Source: Patescibacteria group bacterium (GTDB lineage Bacteria; Patescibacteriota; Patescibacteriia; XYB2-FULL-38-15). Taken from it: 33,614 bases of DNA. Both the position numbers and the translations under genes were made by a program. Position 1 is the first letter of the stretch. Each line of letters starts with the position of its first letter. The stretch is from contig JAHIRI010000076.1 in assembly GCA_018818855.1 (NCBI GenBank), positions 1 through 33,614 of the forward strand, written 5' to 3'. Under the pieces are notes generated by a model. It was not told the DNA's origin. It ran no database searches and was given only the letters and a program-made list of their open reading frames with translations. This document shows positions 32,891-33,614 of the stretch, piece after piece.

Positions 32891-33614
32891 TTACCTAATT
32901 ACCCCAACATTTACTCCTCCTCTAAAGTCCTGACCAAAAGCAAAAAACTCGCCGCGTAAATTTCCTTTGCTGTTGTAAACTTTAATATGCGGTCCGCCGC
33001 CCGGTCCGGCGCCCACAATAATTTCTGAAACCTTATCACCATCCAAATCTCCCAGGGTGAGCGTCACTCCACCGGCCAAATTGGCAAAGGGTGAAAACTT
33101 TAATTTCAAAGTCATATACTGACCATAAACTCTGACCTCGCCACTGCCACTCATCTTACTTACGGCTATCTCGGCAACCTTATCGCCATCAATATCACCA
33201 ACCGCCAAACGGACGCCGTTATTATACTCTTTCTCAAAAGCCAAAAATTGCGTGTTCAAATTTCCTTTGGAATCAAAAACTTTAATCATGGATTCTGAGC
33301 CATTACCAGGGGTAGTCACGATGTCGGCTCTGCCATCACCGTCAACATCGCCCACAGCGACATTTACTCCGCCGCGGAAAGTTGTGGTATAAGCCATAAA
33401 TCCTCCGATCGGCGTTCCATCCTGACGGAAAATTCTGACATGCGGCCCGCCGCCTGGTCCGGCACCAGTGACAATTTCACTTTTACCATCACCGTCAACA
33501 TCGCCCACAGCGACATTTACTCCGCCGCGGAAAGTTGTGGTATAAGCCATAAATCCTCCGATCGGCGTTCCATCCTGACGGAAAATTCTGACATGCGGCC
33601 CGCCGCCTGGTCCG
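32891..33614 (-). CDS. FG-GAP/VCBS-repeat protein, 5'-truncated by the window edge
   Basis: Repeated F-x-GGVNVAVGD(V/I)DGDG-x-x-EIV-x-GAGPGGGPH(V/I) units. The reading frame stays open upstream of the tracked Met at 33550, through to position 33613. Confidence 0.8.
   Translation of the reverse strand, partial: GPGGGPHVRIFRQDGTPIGGFMAYTTTFRGGVNVAVGDVDGDGKSEIVTGAGPGGGPHVRIFRQDGTPIGGFMAYTTTFRGGVNVAVGDVDGDGRADIVTTPGNGSESMIKVFDSKGNLNTQFLAFEKEYNNGVRLAVGDIDGDKVAEIAVSKMSGSGEVRVYGQYMTLKLKFSPFANLAGGVTLTLGDLDGDKVSEIIVGAGPGGGPHIKVYNSKGNLRGEFFAFGQDFRGGVNVGVIR
33333..33614. repeat. 153-bp-period tandem duplication inside the FG-GAP gene
   Basis: 33333-33461 is identical (129/129 by direct comparison) to 33486-33614. 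The second copy is cut by the window end. Confidence 0.9.

Noticed and set aside
1-33614. Alternative genetic code (UGA recoding, as in some candidate phyla)
   Set aside because: All conserved genes are full length under the standard code. TGA is used as a genuine stop, for example at 144-146, 18493-18495, 21702-21704, 22136-22138 and 27302-27304.

Overview
AT-rich, tightly packed bacterial chromosome segment with about 42 protein genes and 1 tRNA, mostly on the minus strand. Three traits suggest a small-genome Patescibacteria/CPR-type organism (inference only): most start codons lack a Shine-Dalgarno sequence, a minimal Fe-S assembly set is fused to mraY-ftsW-murG, and palindromic repeats abut gene ends. 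Left half: a GT4 glycosyltransferase, tRNA-Lys(UUU), a stand-alone GGDEF cyclase, and one long minus-strand string (two acidic mini-proteins, iscU, nfu, cysteine desulfurase, a small membrane protein, mraY, ftsW, murG). It continues with rpmA, a C39-like lipoprotein, pyrG, rplI, a Cys-rich zinc-finger ORF, an S41 protease, murA and a PEGA-domain protein. Right half: a large envelope-glycan locus. It holds rmlA-like, rmlD, fdtA, rmlB, a Nudix/cupin/HIT trio, two very large polytopic membrane proteins (one GT-C/GT39-like), two GT4, GT2-DUF2304-GT2 and a UDP-glucuronate decarboxylase-like SDR. An FG-GAP repeat protein runs off the window edge. Most unusual is a roughly 0.85-kb, very G+C-rich two-gene cassette (18423-19296) with its own promoter, strong SDs and terminator, wedged inside the dTDP-sugar genes. 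A second G+C-rich, SD-bearing single-gene unit (the GGDEF gene) sits next to the tRNA. Other points: a eukaryote-like ZZ-type zinc-finger mini-protein, three palindromic repeat families that supply stop codons or C-terminal tails, 8-nt and 7-nt periodic micro-arrays filling intergenic spacers, and a perfect 129-nt duplication in the FG-GAP gene. No CRISPR array, rRNA, integrase or transposase was seen.
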